Below the pieces are notes generated by a model that was not told the DNA's origin, did not search any database, and worked only from the letters and a program-made list of their open reading frames with translations. This document shows positions 12,807 to 26,376 of a stretch of 64,000 bases of DNA, piece by piece; the first letter of the stretch is position 1; each line of letters starts with the position of its first letter. The position numbers and the translations under genes are program-made. This DNA is from Eledone cirrhosa (lineage: Eukaryota): NCBI GenBank assembly GCA_964016885.1, contig OZ024743.1:83328001-83392000 (forward strand), in the 5' to 3' direction.

Positions 12807-15800
12807 CTAATCACTTTGCTCTTTCTCTCTATGCTAGTCTACAATTCAAATTACCCGTTTGTTTCTCTCGGATTTTCAATTAAATATTTACATGTTTTTA
12901 AATGATTTGTCTCATTCTGTTGGACCCTTCCTAAATCAAATCCTTCTCCTAAAGTTACCCATTTCCCGCCTCCCCACCCCCCACACACCACCATTGCTAA
13001 TGGTCCAATCATAACTCAGCGGCTTTAATAAGTTCCCTAATAAATCAGTATAGCAAAGCTACCGACCCGGTTACTACTCCTTAAGTTTAGACCTGTTTGA
13101 TGGGTTGACTGCGGAGATTTGGAAAGTCTAAGAATTCAATGACGATGTCACAGATAAAGATAAATTCACCTCCTGCTGCAGGACGAGAATACAAAGACCC
13201 CTCTCTATTTCAGACACAAATGACCAACATAATTCCGTCTCCCCCCCCCCCCCCCCCCCTGCTCCTCTAACCCATCCATCCCACCCTCCCAACTTCAGAG
13301 TTGGTACCATGCACGTAGGCACATTAAAAGGTCGCTCAAATGAGGTTGTAGAGATGCTTGAACGTAAAGAAGTTGATGTTTGTTGTGTTCAAGAGACTAG
13401 GTGGAGAGCGGGGTTTGCCAGATTCATCGTGGGTAAAAAACGATGCTATAAACTTTTCTGAGTGGAAAATGACAACGGACTGGGTGGTGTAGGAATTATA
13501 TTAGCTGAAAAATGGGTAGATAAGGTAATTGACGTAAATAGAGTAAATGACAGAATAATTAAAATAAGGCTAGTTCTAAATAAAACTACTGTGACAATAA
13601 TATCCGCTTATGCACCCCAATCTGGTCTACTTGACGTTATAAAGGACAGGTTCTACGAGACGCTAATGGACACTACCTCCCAAATAACCGACAGCGACTA
13701 CCTAATTATTGCTGGCGATCTAAACGGCCACGTTGGACAACATAGTGATGGCTATGATGGAATCCATGGAGGCTATGGGGTTGGAAATAGAAATGAATCC
13801 TGGAATTCTGTGACGCCAATAACCTAACTATCTGTAACACACACTTCAAAAAACGTGAAAACCACTTGATCACCTATAGATCAGGGGAACACGTCACCCA
13901 GATAGATTATATCCTTACTAGAAGACGGGACAAAGTGTCTGTTGTAAACACTAAATCCCTCCCCCGTGAAGAATGCACCTCCCAACATAGCCTAGTAGTT
14001 AGTGACCTCACAATCAGAAATAGACGTACTCGACGACAGAGGAGGCCTACCTTGAGGAGAAGAATATGGAAGTTGAAGGACCCCATAGCCAGTGACAAAT
14101 TTAAAAGCTTATTACTTGATGCCTTTGACAATAAGGAAGAGCAATTAGAGACGTGCGATATAGAGGAACAGTGGTAATTCTTGAAAGTAAACCTGCTGAA
14201 AGCAACGGATGAAATCTGTGGCTGGAGCAGACCTATTGGCAGGAGGAGAGTAACTTGGTGGTGGAACAGTAAGGTAGAAGAGACAATCAAGGCCAAAAAG
14301 CAGGCTTGGAAAGTATGGCAGGATGGGGGAAGTAGAGAGCACTATAAAGTGGCCAGGAGAAAAGCTAAGAGACAAGTGTACCTTGCAAAAAGGGAAACAG
14401 AGGATAGAAAGTTCAAGCCTGTTCTACAACGTGAGGACCAAAAACGCGAGGTGTTCAGGATTGCTAGACAATGTGTCAAGGAAAACCGTGATATTGTCGG
14501 GGAGAAGTGTGTCCGTAATAATAACGGTGTACTTGCCCTCACTGATGCTGATAAGAAGATAGCCTGGAAGTGTCACTACGAGAGACTATTAAATGAGGAG
14601 AATAAGTGGGAAAAAGATAGTCTGCCCCAAATCGATCCAATAGAAGGACCAGCGGTGCAAGTTAAAGGTAGTATAATAAGTAAGGCAATCAAAGATATGA
14701 AGACAGGCAAGGCTGCTGGGCCTTCGGAGATAGTTGCTGAGATGTTGAAGGCATCTGGAATGGTGGGACATACTATGGTCACCCGTATAATTAACCAGGT
14801 AATACAGAATGGGGTCATACCAAAAGACTGGCGTAGCAGCAGCATCATTAACTGCTGCAAGGGTAAAGGAGATGCTCTAGATAGAGGAAACTATAGAGGC
14901 ATTAAGTTAGTTGACCAGGTCATGAAAGTCACAGAAAGAGTTATAGCGCAACTAATCTGAGAGCGAATTGATCAAGATGAAATGCAGTTTGGGTTTGTGT
15001 CAGGTAAAAGAACCACAGACGCTCTTTTCCTTGTACGACAACTACAAGAGAAGTACCTAACTAAAAGTAAACCCCTCTACTTAGCTTTTGTAGCCTTTGA
15101 CAGAGTCCCCCGCTCCATTATCTGGTGGGCTCTTAGAAAACTAGGTGTAGATGAATGGCTATACAAGCTATGTATAATGAAACAGTCAGTAAGGTTAGAA
15201 TTAACAATGAATATTGTGAAGAATTTAGTGTAAAAGTTGGTGTTCACCAAGGCTCTGTCCTTATCCCCCTCCTATTTATTAGTGCCCTTCAGGCTATAAC
15301 AGAGGAGTTCAAGACCGGCTGCCCATGAGAACTCCTATACGCAGATGATCTAACGCTCATAGCTGAATCAATGGCTGAACTAGAGAAGAAATTCGAAACA
15401 TGGAAGCATGGCCTAGAATCAAAAGGCCTTAAAGTTAACTTGTCTAAGACTAAAGTCCTAGTTTGTAGAAAGGAAAATAAGGCACAGGTACCCTCAGGAA
15501 AATGGCCTTGCTCAGTGTGTAGGAAAGGAGTAAGCAGAAATTCAATTTTATGTCCCAAATGCAAAGTATGGGTACATAAAAGATGTAGTGGGATCACAGG
15601 TAAACTATCTAAGAACGTAGACTTTATATGTGGCCGATGCTCAGGTGAAATATGTAGCAAGTGTCCACAGGATACTAGCCCCTTCTATTACCCAGATGGT
15701 TCTATAGAAATAGTAGACACTTTCCGTTACCTGGGTGACGAAATCAGCAGTGGTGGAGGGTGTTCTGAAAGTACAGTAGCCAGAGTCAGAACGGGATGGA

Positions 15801-16710
15801 AAAAGTTCAGAGAACTTATACCACTATTGGCCACAAAAGGTTTCTCTCTAAAAATGAAAGGCAGATTGTATGATGCTTGTATACGAACAGCAATGCTACA
15901 TGGCAGTGAGACATGGGCATTGCGTGCAGAGGACCTGCGTAGACTGGAAAGGAACGAAGCATGCATGCTCCGTTCGATTTGTAATAGTAATATACGTGAA
16001 CGGCAAAGCATAAATGAACTAAGTGAGAAATTAGGAATAAGAGGGATCAGATGCTGTTTACTCGAGAGAAGACTACGTTGGTATGGCCACGCGATGCGCA
16101 TGAAAGACGGCAGCTATATAAAAAAGTGCAGAGCGATCAAAATTAATGGTAGTTACGGAGTAGGTAGACCCAGAAAAACCTGGGACGATCTGATAAATTC
16201 CGACCTTACACACTTACACCTCTCTAAGACAATGTCACTGGACCGAGATCTTTGGCGCTACGCAGTAATACAGAAGACCCGCCTTGCCTATGTACAAAGC
16301 GAAACCTACAGTCAGTAGGCACCTCTTAACCAAATATACACCCCAATCCAGTACCCCTACCATATCCTCCCATTCTCACCAACACCACCCTCTCTCTATA
16401 AAGTTGGTACCACAACACCCAGTCCAAATAAATGAGATAAATGAGATCGAGATTGTGTAGGTGTCACGACAAAAAACACAGTCCACGCTGTAATGTGGCC
16501 GTGTAGGTAACACGGTATAAAGTTCCCAGTTCCACACTTTAAATGTGGTTGGTGTTAGGAAGGGCATCCAACCGTAGAAAACCTGCCAGATAGTCCTATA
16601 TGAGCGAGACATGTTACCCGACCAACCTTGCCTCAAGTGGGACAACTCCCGTCTAACCCATGCTAGCGTGGAAAATGGACGTTAAACGAAGATGATGATT
16701 ATGATGATGA
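12807..16710 (+). mobile_element. Near full-length RTE-clade LINE (APE-RT with internal PHD-like finger), inactivated by stops and frameshifts
   Basis: APE motifs VGTLKGRS..VVEMLER, CVQETRW, ISAYAPQ, AGDLNGHVG, QIDYIL. RT motifs KAAGPSEI, NYRGIKL, MQFGF, GVHQGSVL, LLYADDL, FRYLG, RLRWYGH. (GAT)n tail at ~16690-16710. Inserted in (CATA)n. The 5' boundary is approximate. Confidence 0.92.
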
Positions 16711-17016
16711 CATACATACATACATATATATGTTTGTAGTATCTTTACCACTGGATAGATCTTAGTAAGAATTTGCAGTATTAGAGTAAAGTCTTTAATT
16801 TTCAATGTGATACAGTCATAGTGCTGTTTTGTACTTCACAAGAATATCATGCTATTGCGGTTTCATGTGGTTTGTTAATTCAAATGTTTATAGTATCATT
16901 GCCAGTGAACAGATCACTGCGAACATTTTTAATATTTGAGTAAAAACTTTAATTTTTAATGTGACGCAGTTATAGTATTGTTCTATACTTTTAAAGAATA
17001 TTTTATTAATGTCAAC

Positions 17017-17290
17017 GTGTGGCATAGTGGTAAGGGTGTTGAATATATGATTATAATGTTGTGGGTTCGATTCCTGGGATGGGTTGTGTGTTATGTTCTT
17101 GAGCAAAACACTGCATTTCACTTTGTTCCAGTACTCAGTTGAAAATTAGTACCAGCAATAACTGGAGGTTTAACGATGCAATGAACTGGCGTGCTGTCCA
17201 GAGGAGAGTCTTGTACTCTCAGTCACTTTAGGCCACAAAACTGGGATAAGCACCGGCCTAACGAACCTACTATCTTGAGACAGACTTTAG
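17017..17290 (+). mobile_element. tRNA-derived SINE with CORE-like segment (related copies ~12620-12770 +, 25915-26012 +, 40330-40461 -)
   Basis: A box TGGCATAGTGG, B box GGTTCGATTCC, and TGTTCTTGAGCAAAACACT resembling the CORE motif. Confidence 0.7.
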
Positions 17291-17504
17291 GTTGATGAAG
17301 TATCGAATATTAAGAGTTAATTAAAGTGATTTAGACAAATCTGTTTACAGGGACAGTATCATGTATTTGGCCATGTTTGTACAACACAATTGAAATAGTC
17401 ATGTGTTGTATATATTTTGTTACTAACATGTGTTACTGGGAAGAAAGAGATAATGCCATTTCTTTTTCTGCTCTTTATCTCTCCTATTGAAATATGAGAG
17501 GATG

Positions 17505-17536
<32 letters not shown>

Positions 17537-17680
17537 ATATATATAGGAGAAATATATATATATAAATATATATATAGGAGAAAACATGACATACTTACTC
17601 CTATTACCCACTCTACTACCCTAAGTATTGAGTACTCTGGTGCGTTATGGTCCATCTGATTCCTTACCACAACTCCTCCG

Positions 17681-17719
<39 letters not shown>

Positions 17720-17726
<7 letters not shown>

Positions 17727-17907
17727 TCTACTTTAGGCACAAGGCCAGCAATTACCCAGTGCATTACTGGTACTTTATTTTATCGACCCCGTCAGGATGA
17801 AAGACAAAGTCAACCTCGGCGGGATTTGAACTCAGATCGTAAAGGGACGTAACTATGCTGGAAAGCATGGCGTCCGACCCTCTACCGATACTGCCAATCC
17901 ACCGCCC
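17720..17907 (-). mobile_element. tRNA-derived SINE (main family), full length
   Basis: Reverse complement: GGATTGGCAGTATCGGTAGAGGG (A box)...GAGTTCAAATCC (B box)...GCCTTTCATCC..GGGGTCGATAAAATAAAGTACC...AGAAACAAT. Confidence 0.93.
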
Positions 17908-17934
17908 TATATTTATATAGATAATATAATAGAA

Positions 17935-18084
17935 TTTTGACGGCTATTTCCAGAAATAGCCGTCGAAACGGCTTGAGCTCTGCCGTCGGGGTCATACTTT
18001 CTCCTATTACCCACTCTACTACCCTAAGTATTGAGTACTCTGGTGCGTTATGGACCATCTAGTTCCTTACCACAACTCCTTCGT

Positions 18085-18085
<1 letters not shown>
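17935..18085 (+). mobile_element. Short pLTR-like repeat carrying the 3' half of a hammerhead (related copies 17595-17682 and 54244-54435)
   Basis: gacggctatttc[ca]gaaatagccgtc-GAAA-cggc...gccg-TC-ggggtc, followed by a ~85-bp segment shared among the three copies and ending at (TA)n. Confidence 0.7.
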
Positions 18086-18178
<93 letters not shown>

Positions 18179-18344
18179 ATAGAATTTCTCTTGTACTCCT
18201 GCTACTGCCGCAGAACTTACCTCTAACTTACAACTGCCCATCCCCCTTTTGAAATCTTGACCAGTCAATTAACACAATCAGATATACACACACATATTGA
18301 GCAATATAATTTCTTTGTGATGAAAGAATGGTATTTGACTACGC

Positions 18345-19150
18345 GATGGAGCCCACCCACAGCCCCGGCGGACAGAATGGAGAAGGCGTTTCCCCGGAGG
18401 ACGGCAAGGGAGACGCGCTGGAAAAGCCACTCCAACTCGCGGGGCTCACACCTACGGCTGGCCAGCTCAGCGCCTATGGTGGTGAGTAAGGAGGTAGCCC
18501 TGGGGCCGAGGACACCAGAAGTTTCCACTGCCAGGGGAACGACCGCAAACCTGTCGGAGAGCGACCGGTATTTGAGGAGTTTGGCCCCCTCAGCCCGACG
18601 TGCAGCAGAACCTGCGTCAGTCGCAGACTGCACCGGGTTGCGGCTGCAGAAAGTGTCGGTGCAAGTGGCATCCCAGACGAGGGGTTTGGCACCGCGGAAC
18701 GGGAAGATAGTCATGCCATCTGGCCTTTTGCCGTCCCCTCGATCCAGCCCCACCGGCTCGAGCTGGGAAGGGAAGCCTGCAGCGTCCAAGCCACGCTTAA
18801 TGACCTCGTTGAGGGCAGTATGGCGTCTAATGCGGCCGGCACTGTGGCGACAGGAAAGCGGGTGGAGGCCGAAAGAGTCCACGGTGGAACCGTAGCGACA
18901 TTGGTGTGGCTGGCAGATCCGGAGGCCGAGCCTCAGGGAAACGCCGATTCGCAGGCTATGGTTGTCTAGCTGCGTGCCAGTGGAGAAGGAGGGCAGAGCA
19001 TGGAGCCAGGCACCATTGTGGGGTTTGGAGGCCGCACGAAAACAAGCAAGGCGGTGCTGGTTGAGCTGGCGTGTGAGCCTGCCTGAGGCCAGGCTGCACT
19101 GGATGGCATCCCAAGTGCGTTTGGGGGGGGGGGACTTGACGTCAACATGA
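18345..19150 (-). mobile_element. CRE-clade non-LTR retrotransposon 3' fragment (Zn knuckle plus RLE endonuclease)
   Basis: GLHPLSCRHSAGRIRRHTALNEVI...GKRPDG...WDATCTDT...KLLKY...PLAVETSGVLG...QRVSLAVLRGNA. GC-rich. Confidence 0.85.
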
Positions 19151-19179
19151 GGAGAAGGAGGAGGTTCTGTTTGAGCAAG

Positions 19180-19325
19180 AAAACTTACTCCAACACTTGA
19201 TTTTAATTTAAAATCCTTAATTTTTAGTTTTTAACTCCATTTAATTCTTTTTAATCTTTATTTCAATACTCAACATTTTACAAGATGAATTTTAATAATA
19301 CATCGAAACCGGTAATACTTTATAT
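19180..19325 (+). mobile_element. Degenerate Penelope pLTR fragment with a decayed hammerhead
   Basis: Resembles 61720-61840. Retains gatg...catc-GAAACCGGTA but the core is lost. Confidence 0.5.
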
Positions 19326-19509
19326 ACATTATATATTTATATACTTAACTTTACCTTTCATCCTTACGGGGTCGATAAAATAAAGTACCAGTAATACACT
19401 GCATTTATTTGCTGGCCTTATGCCTAACGTAGAAACAATTATATATTTATATACTTTATATACATTATAAAACATTTAAAAAAAAGAATTGTCCCTCTCA
19501 CTTTTTCAA

Positions 19510-19693
19510 TAATTGTTTCTACTTTTGGCACAAGGCCAGCAATTACCCAGTGCATTACTGGTACTTTATTTTATCGACCCCGTAAGGATGAAAGGCAAAG
19601 TCAACTTCGGCGGGATTTGAACTCAGATCGTAAAGGGACGTAACTATGCTGGAAAGCATGGCGTCCGACCCTCTACTGATACTGCCAATCCAC
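19510..19693 (-). mobile_element. tRNA-derived SINE (main family); partial + strand copy at ~19345-19440
   Basis: Matches the family consensus. Confidence 0.92.
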
Positions 19694-19795
19694 AATGTTA
19701 TCTTTTCAATAACGTCACTTAGATGAATCAAAGAAAGGATAAAAAAAGAAAAACAGACCCTTAAATATATTTTCCATGCTGTTTCCAACTTCACA

Positions 19796-19897
<102 letters not shown>

Positions 19898-19970
19898 GTA
19901 TATATGTATGTATGTATGTATGTATATATGTATGTATGTATATATGTATGTATGTATATATGTATGTATG

Positions 19971-20001
<31 letters not shown>

Positions 20002-20179
20002 ATATGTATGTATGAGAGATGACCCCTTAGCCTTTGTCAAGGCAGAATTCTAGGAGAAGGAAAACTCTGATATAACACCTGCAACCCTGATGGTATCCAA
20101 TGATGTTGACTTGTTCTTCTTTTTGGTAAATATCATCTTGGTTAAGAGAGTGGGACTGGCTTTGTGCAGTGCCTTTGCT

Positions 20180-20418
20180 CACTATAAAAGCTTCACGGCA
20201 CAGGCATTGCTTTATATCTGGAGATCTCTCTGTACTTGTCGTCACATGGTACCATGGGCCCAGCACTGTGTCAATAATTGTCACAAGTGTAGTGTTTGTA
20301 CCAGAGTTTTCAAGTCGCTGGCTGGACTAAAAAGTCACACTCGTCAGCGCATCGGTAGGCGTTCTCCTACATGGATATAAAGTAGTGGCCGTACTCGAAA
20401 ACGAGTTGGCAGCCACCA
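20180..20418 (+). mobile_element. RTE/BovB-like LINE 3' end with C-terminal C2H2 finger
   Basis: [21 protein letters not shown], then a short 3'UTR running into (ATGT)n. Confidence 0.65.
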
Positions 20419-20747
20419 TGTATGTATATATGTATGTATGTATATATATATGTATGTATATAAATATGTATGTATATATATATATATGTATGTATGTATA
20501 TATATATGTGTATATATATATATATATATATGTGTATGTATGTATATATATATGTATGTATGTATGTATGTATATATATATATATATATGTGTATGTATG
20601 TATATATATATATATATATGTGTATGTATGTATATATATATACATATATATCTATATATGTATATATATAAGTATTGAAATTTCCGTTTGAAACAGAAAA
20701 GGTCATAGAAATGAAGAGTGCTCTATGTAAGTATCAGAGCAAAATTT

Positions 20748-21140
20748 AATGTATAAAAATCAATACAATATAATTACCTCATTACCAGAGGTTTCCCGAA
20801 TGAGGCGAATACGAAATAAACGACTTCATTCGTTCGTCAGACGAGGCAATATAAAACATGGGTAAATACTTAGAAAAACTCATCAAGAAAATCAAAAAAA
20901 GGTATAGATAAATGAAATAGAAATTGAAATAAAAAATTTTTTTATTTTTTTTTTATATATTTCAATTTCTATTTCATTTATCTATATCTTTTTTTGATTT
21001 TCTTGATGAGTTTTTCTAAGTATTTACCCATGTTTTATATTGCCTCGTCTGACGAACGAATGAAGTCGTTTATTTCGTATTCGCCTCATTCGGGAAACCT
21101 CTGGTAATGAGGTAATTATATTGTATTGATTTTTATACAT

Positions 21141-21141
<1 letters not shown>
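20748..21141. repeat. ~390-bp near-perfect palindrome with a hammerhead in each arm
   Basis: Arms 20748-~20940 and ~20950-21141 are reverse complements. Flanked by (TA)n-rich tracts. Confidence 0.93.
21039..21116 (+). ncRNA. Type I hammerhead ribozyme (mirror copy at 20773-20850, minus strand)
   Basis: attgcctcgt-CTGACGA-a-cgaatga...tcattcg-g-GAAA-cc[tct]gG-TA-atgaggtaat. Stem I has 10 bp including two G-U pairs. Confidence 0.88.
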
Positions 21142-21226
<85 letters not shown>

Positions 21227-21294
21227 CATATGTATATATGTATATATATATATACATATGTATATATGTATATATATATATATATATACATATG

Positions 21295-21346
<52 letters not shown>

Positions 21347-21381
21347 TGTATGTATATATATATATATATCTATATATAATG

Positions 21382-21416
<35 letters not shown>

Positions 21417-21459
21417 GTATATATATATGTATGTATGTATGTATATAATATATATGTAT

Positions 21460-21493
<34 letters not shown>

Positions 21494-21755
21494 GTATGTA
21501 TATAATATATATGTATATATATATATATGTATGTATATATATATATGTATGTATATATATATATATGTATGTATATATATATATATGTATATATATATAT
21601 GTATATACATATATGTGTGTATGTATGTATATATATATATATGTGTGTGTATGTATGTATATATATATATGTGTGTGTATGTATGTATATATATACATAT
21701 ATATCTATATATGTATATATATATATATAGTATATATATATATATATATATATGC

Positions 21756-21788
<33 letters not shown>

Positions 21789-22100
21789 AACTTTATATAT
21801 ATATATATAATCTTTATATATATATATATATATATATAAAGTGTATTTAGAAATAAAAGGAAAGTACAAACAAGGGTCAGGTCCCCTCTTCATTTGTCCG
21901 CTGGAGGTCTCGGACATTTCAATTCATTGAAAACAATATGTCTATCTCCAGTGCGTCAATAACTTTTGTAAGTTATTGAGGAAGTAAAAAGGAGAGAGAA
22001 AAAATAAATCAAGCAGAAGGGAAAAAAGAGAAACAAAAACGCAGAGAACATACCGATAAAGAGGGGGAATACGAGGAGAAGCATATGTATGTAAGAAACC

Positions 22101-22182
<82 letters not shown>

Positions 22183-22338
22183 TCAGAACGGCGGCTGAAC
22201 ATGAGTCCGATGCCTTATTGACAGCGAGATGGGGAGAGCGAAGAATAACAAGTTTAACTACTCTAAAACAATAGCGTAAGGTCTTCGAAATACTTTTAAT
22301 TAAGCATACAGTGTACTGAAGAATACACTATATATACA

Positions 22339-22408
<70 letters not shown>

Positions 22409-22469
22409 AAAACCAAAAGTTACGAGATTAAGGGTTTCTGTACAAATCACATAGTATAGAAACAATACA

Positions 22470-22690
22470 ATAATGGCTTCTGATTTAAGCACAAGGCAAT
22501 CATTTTAGGGAAGGGAAAGTCGGTTAAATCGATCCCAGTGCGTTACTGGTACCTTATTATTTTCCACTCAGTAAGAATTAAAGTTAAAGCTAACTTAAGC
22601 ACGATTTGAACTCAGAATGTAAATGGCCGTAACTATATGTCGCAAAGCATGTTAACCGACGCTCTACAGATACTACCAATCTACCGCCCG
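22470..22690 (-). mobile_element. Older diverged SINE copy
   Basis: Degenerate match to the main SINE family. Confidence 0.7.
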
Positions 22691-23587
22691 TAGAGACTAT
22701 AATAATAAAGATTTGAAGACGCACCTAATGTTTCTTTTTATATACATACAATGCTAACAATACACAACGAAAAAGAAATGCCAGCTTTTTTAAAGATACA
22801 AGTAGGTTTTCAGAAATAGTCATGATTATCTAAATAGGTTTGTTTTGCACTAACTCGTTTCGTTCTTTATAATGCTTCATTTTGATTTGCGCACGCGCCC
22901 GCGTGTGTGTGTGAGTGTGTTAATTTTACTAAGGCTAAGTAGTGAGTCACTGTTCAGCCTTAGTAAAATGAATAATAAAACTTTACTTCGGTATTGAGTA
23001 CTCTTCTCTCCCAGCTGTCAGCACATACGAATGCACACACACACAAACATATATATATATATATGTGTGAGTGTATGTATGTGTGTGTGTGTGTGTATAT
23101 ATGTATGTGTGTGTGTTACAAGTTGCTATATGCCATGCTGAAGTTATGTTTAACCCGTGCCTCAAACAGTAGAGGGATCAGCGAGCTGGATGCGTGGTGG
23201 CACAAGAGGCTAACTTCAAAGGGGATAAACAATTGAGCCGCATCAAGTACGTAATTCTTCTCCTTAACCTAAGGTTGAATACTTTTTCTGACAAACCTCA
23301 TCGACAAGATCGTATATTAAAGATATCATATGACTCCGTATTTAAATAAAAAGAACGTGTTACTCTTGATTTAGTTTTCTACTCCCAAAATAAAGATTAC
23401 CCAGTATTAATAATGATATTATTTTCCTATCCCAATATTACTTTATATCGTAGCGGATTCTGGGACAGTGACGAGTGGATTTGGAGATAAGGGATAAAAC
23501 TCAACAATATTAAGTTAGGTTAAATGTAATAATATTACAGTAGCCAATAACTAATACTATTGTTCCCCTGTTAAAGGTTCGTTGCTG

Positions 23588-23771
23588 TGGATTGGCAGTA
23601 TCGGTAGAGGGTCGGACGCCATGCTTTGCAGCACAGTTACGTCCCTTTACAGTCTGAGTTCAAATCCCGCTGAGGTTAACTTTGCCTTTCATCCTTACGG
23701 GGTCGATAAAATAAAGTACCAGTAATGCACTGGACAATTGCTGGCCTTGTGCCTAAAGTAGAAACAATTAT
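23588..23771 (+). mobile_element. tRNA-derived SINE (main family)
   Basis: Full match to the family consensus. Confidence 0.93.
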
Positions 23772-23844
23772 TAACATTAATATAGTTAGATTTTCTTATT
23801 AATTAATCCGATCTTAGATTTAATATGAATTAATCTGTATCTAG

Positions 23845-24118
23845 GGCTGGAGATAAATTGAACTTTATGGTCCTTATGTGTGACATACGCGGCTGGAGAT
23901 ATATTTAATCTTTATGATCCTTACGTATGACATTCGGAACTTTATATAAACGTATTTTTATGATCCTTAAGTGTTACATACGGAACTGTATATAGACGTA
24001 TCTTTATGATTCTTAATTGTGATATACGGGGCTGGAGATAAAAATATCTTTATGATCCTTAAGTGTGACATACAGAGCTGGAGATAAAATTATCTTTATG
24101 GTCCTTAATTGTGACATT
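23845..24118. repeat. ~42-bp minisatellite, ~6 copies
   Basis: Unit approximately ggctggagataaa...tctttatgatccttaagtgtgacatacg. Confidence 0.85.
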
Positions 24119-24959
24119 CACGTTACATATAGATGAACTTTCTAATCCCTTACCTAATTCTAGTTTGTCAGCTGTATTCTTTATGTGTTATTATAAAATA
24201 TTATTATTGTAAATCTATGCTATAGTGTTCATATAAGTTAGGGTTATGTTATGATTTAGTAGTTAATTAAAATGTCCGTTGGCGGTTGTGGTGTGCTGCT
24301 GATTGTCACTTGGTGGTGAACTGATGATTGATTTTGTTTGTTTTTTTCTCTCACTTTGACCATATTTTTGTGCATTATATTTGTGAGGCTCCTAGCAATA
24401 ATCAATTGCATTTACTATATGTGTTTATATTTGTGTTTGTATTTTTATTCTGTAAGAATTATAAACAATTTGTAATGTTATTTACACCCAACATAACTCA
24501 AAAATAAAAATAATAAAACTATAGATTCTATTTTCTACTCTGTAAAGGTTTTTAGCCTTAACAGAGAAAATTAATGTTTTTCTTATTTCTTAATGTTGTT
24601 TATATTAGTTATAATTTTATTTGGTGTTAGATTACTTACACAACATTGTTTGACATCAAGTTTAACAGGTCTCTCTTTTTCCCCTCTCTCCCTCTCGCTC
24701 TTCTCCTTTCTGTCTTCCTCACACACTCTCTCTACCCATTCATCTCAGTTTGGCTGTACATACACACGCACACCACATACATACGTATATAATGCGTACA
24801 GACACATACATGCGTACATAATTCATACATGCTTACATAATACATATACACATACTTACATAATACATATACACATACATATCTAGATATACACATACAT
24901 AATTGCATACACACACATACATACATATACATACATACATACATACATACATACATACA

Positions 24960-24990
<31 letters not shown>

Positions 24991-25411
24991 GTGATGTGTC
25001 TTTGATCTGTCAGTCCGCCCTAGTGGTGCTGTTCATAGAGCCATGCCACCGTTAACAGATGGTGAAAAGACGGTGTTGTAAATATGATAATCTCTGATGG
25101 AACTATAAACACAGCTGCCTCCTACTCCTCTTTCTCCTTCTCCTCCTCCTCCACACGCGTGCACACACACACACACACACACACAAATACACACACAAAT
25201 ATATTTGTATGTATATATTTAGGCTACCAGTGGGTAGAACAGGTGGTTCGGATTTGTAAGCGATGATGCAACAAATTAATTAAGCACTCAACGTTATGCA
25301 AATGATCTATCGTAGATGTGGTATCCCGTGGCTAGTGTAGGAACGGAGTTAAGTATTTATTAAAAACGGAAGGTCGGGCAGGAAATTTACTTTGAATTTT
25401 AATTCTGCAAA

Positions 25412-25487
25412 AACACTATACATATTTCAATAGCCCAACTTTATAATCCGATCATGATGCATGACTTAGGCGATTTCATCAGGTGTT
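25412..25487 (-). ncRNA. Type I hammerhead ribozyme with extended loop II
   Basis: Reverse complement: aacac-CTGATGA-aatcgcct...gggctatt-GAAA-tatgta-TA-gtgtt. Confidence 0.72.
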
Positions 25488-25529
25488 AATTGCAGAATTA
25501 GTTCCACATGATAATAGGATTACGTCGAA

Positions 25530-25703
25530 CACAACAGTTGGCCGGACTGGAAATTTACGTTAGAATTTTAATCCCACGAAAGCATTATACATATTTCGAT
25601 GACCCTGCTCCTTCATCCGAATTAGAGAGATGGGCCATCGAAATATGCTGCTTTCGCGGGATTAAAATTCTGAAGTAAATTTTCTACTCCGGCCATCTGT
25701 TGT
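25530..25703. repeat. Imperfect palindrome made of hammerhead 3' halves
   Basis: acaacagttggccgga...atatttcgatgaccc | gggccatcgaaatatg...tccggccatctgttgt. Homologous to 25380-25437. Confidence 0.75.
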
Positions 25704-25708
25704 TGTTT

Positions 25709-25764
<56 letters not shown>

Positions 25765-25816
25765 ACACACACACACACACACATACACACACACACACAC
25801 ACACACGCACGCACGC

Positions 25817-25912
<96 letters not shown>

Positions 25913-26093
25913 GAAGGCGCGTGGTTGAGTGGTTAGAGAATTGGATTAGCAATTCCCGGACCGGGTGGTGCGTTATGTCCTTGAGCAAGACACATTATTT
26001 CACGTTGCTCCTTCTACCTGGATTTACGACTGATAGATAGTATTAGAAATTGGAAAGACCAATGGAAACATTGTTTCTTCGGTCCGTCGATAT

Positions 26094-26145
<52 letters not shown>

Positions 26146-26241
26146 AATAGAATGAAACGAAATTTAATTTCTCACTCTTAGTACGGCACTTACTTAAATG
26201 TAAGTATGTATGTATACGTACATACATATATGTATACAGAC

Positions 26242-26288
<47 letters not shown>

Positions 26289-26376
26289 AAAGTTAAACAA
26301 GGTTCAATGAATACATCAAAGAATAAATTTTACAATAGATTGGAAGCACTCAACAGTAGGTTTTCCAGAGTTATTA

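Noticed and set aside
23588-23680. tRNA genes
   Set aside because: The A and B boxes belong to SINE heads, and no complete cloverleaf was seen.
23755-23771. SINE tail AGAAACAATT matching the hammerhead stem III GAAACAATTGTA
   Set aside because: Only 9 AT-rich bases match and there is no core or stems. The SINEs have long TSDs typical of LINE mobilisation.
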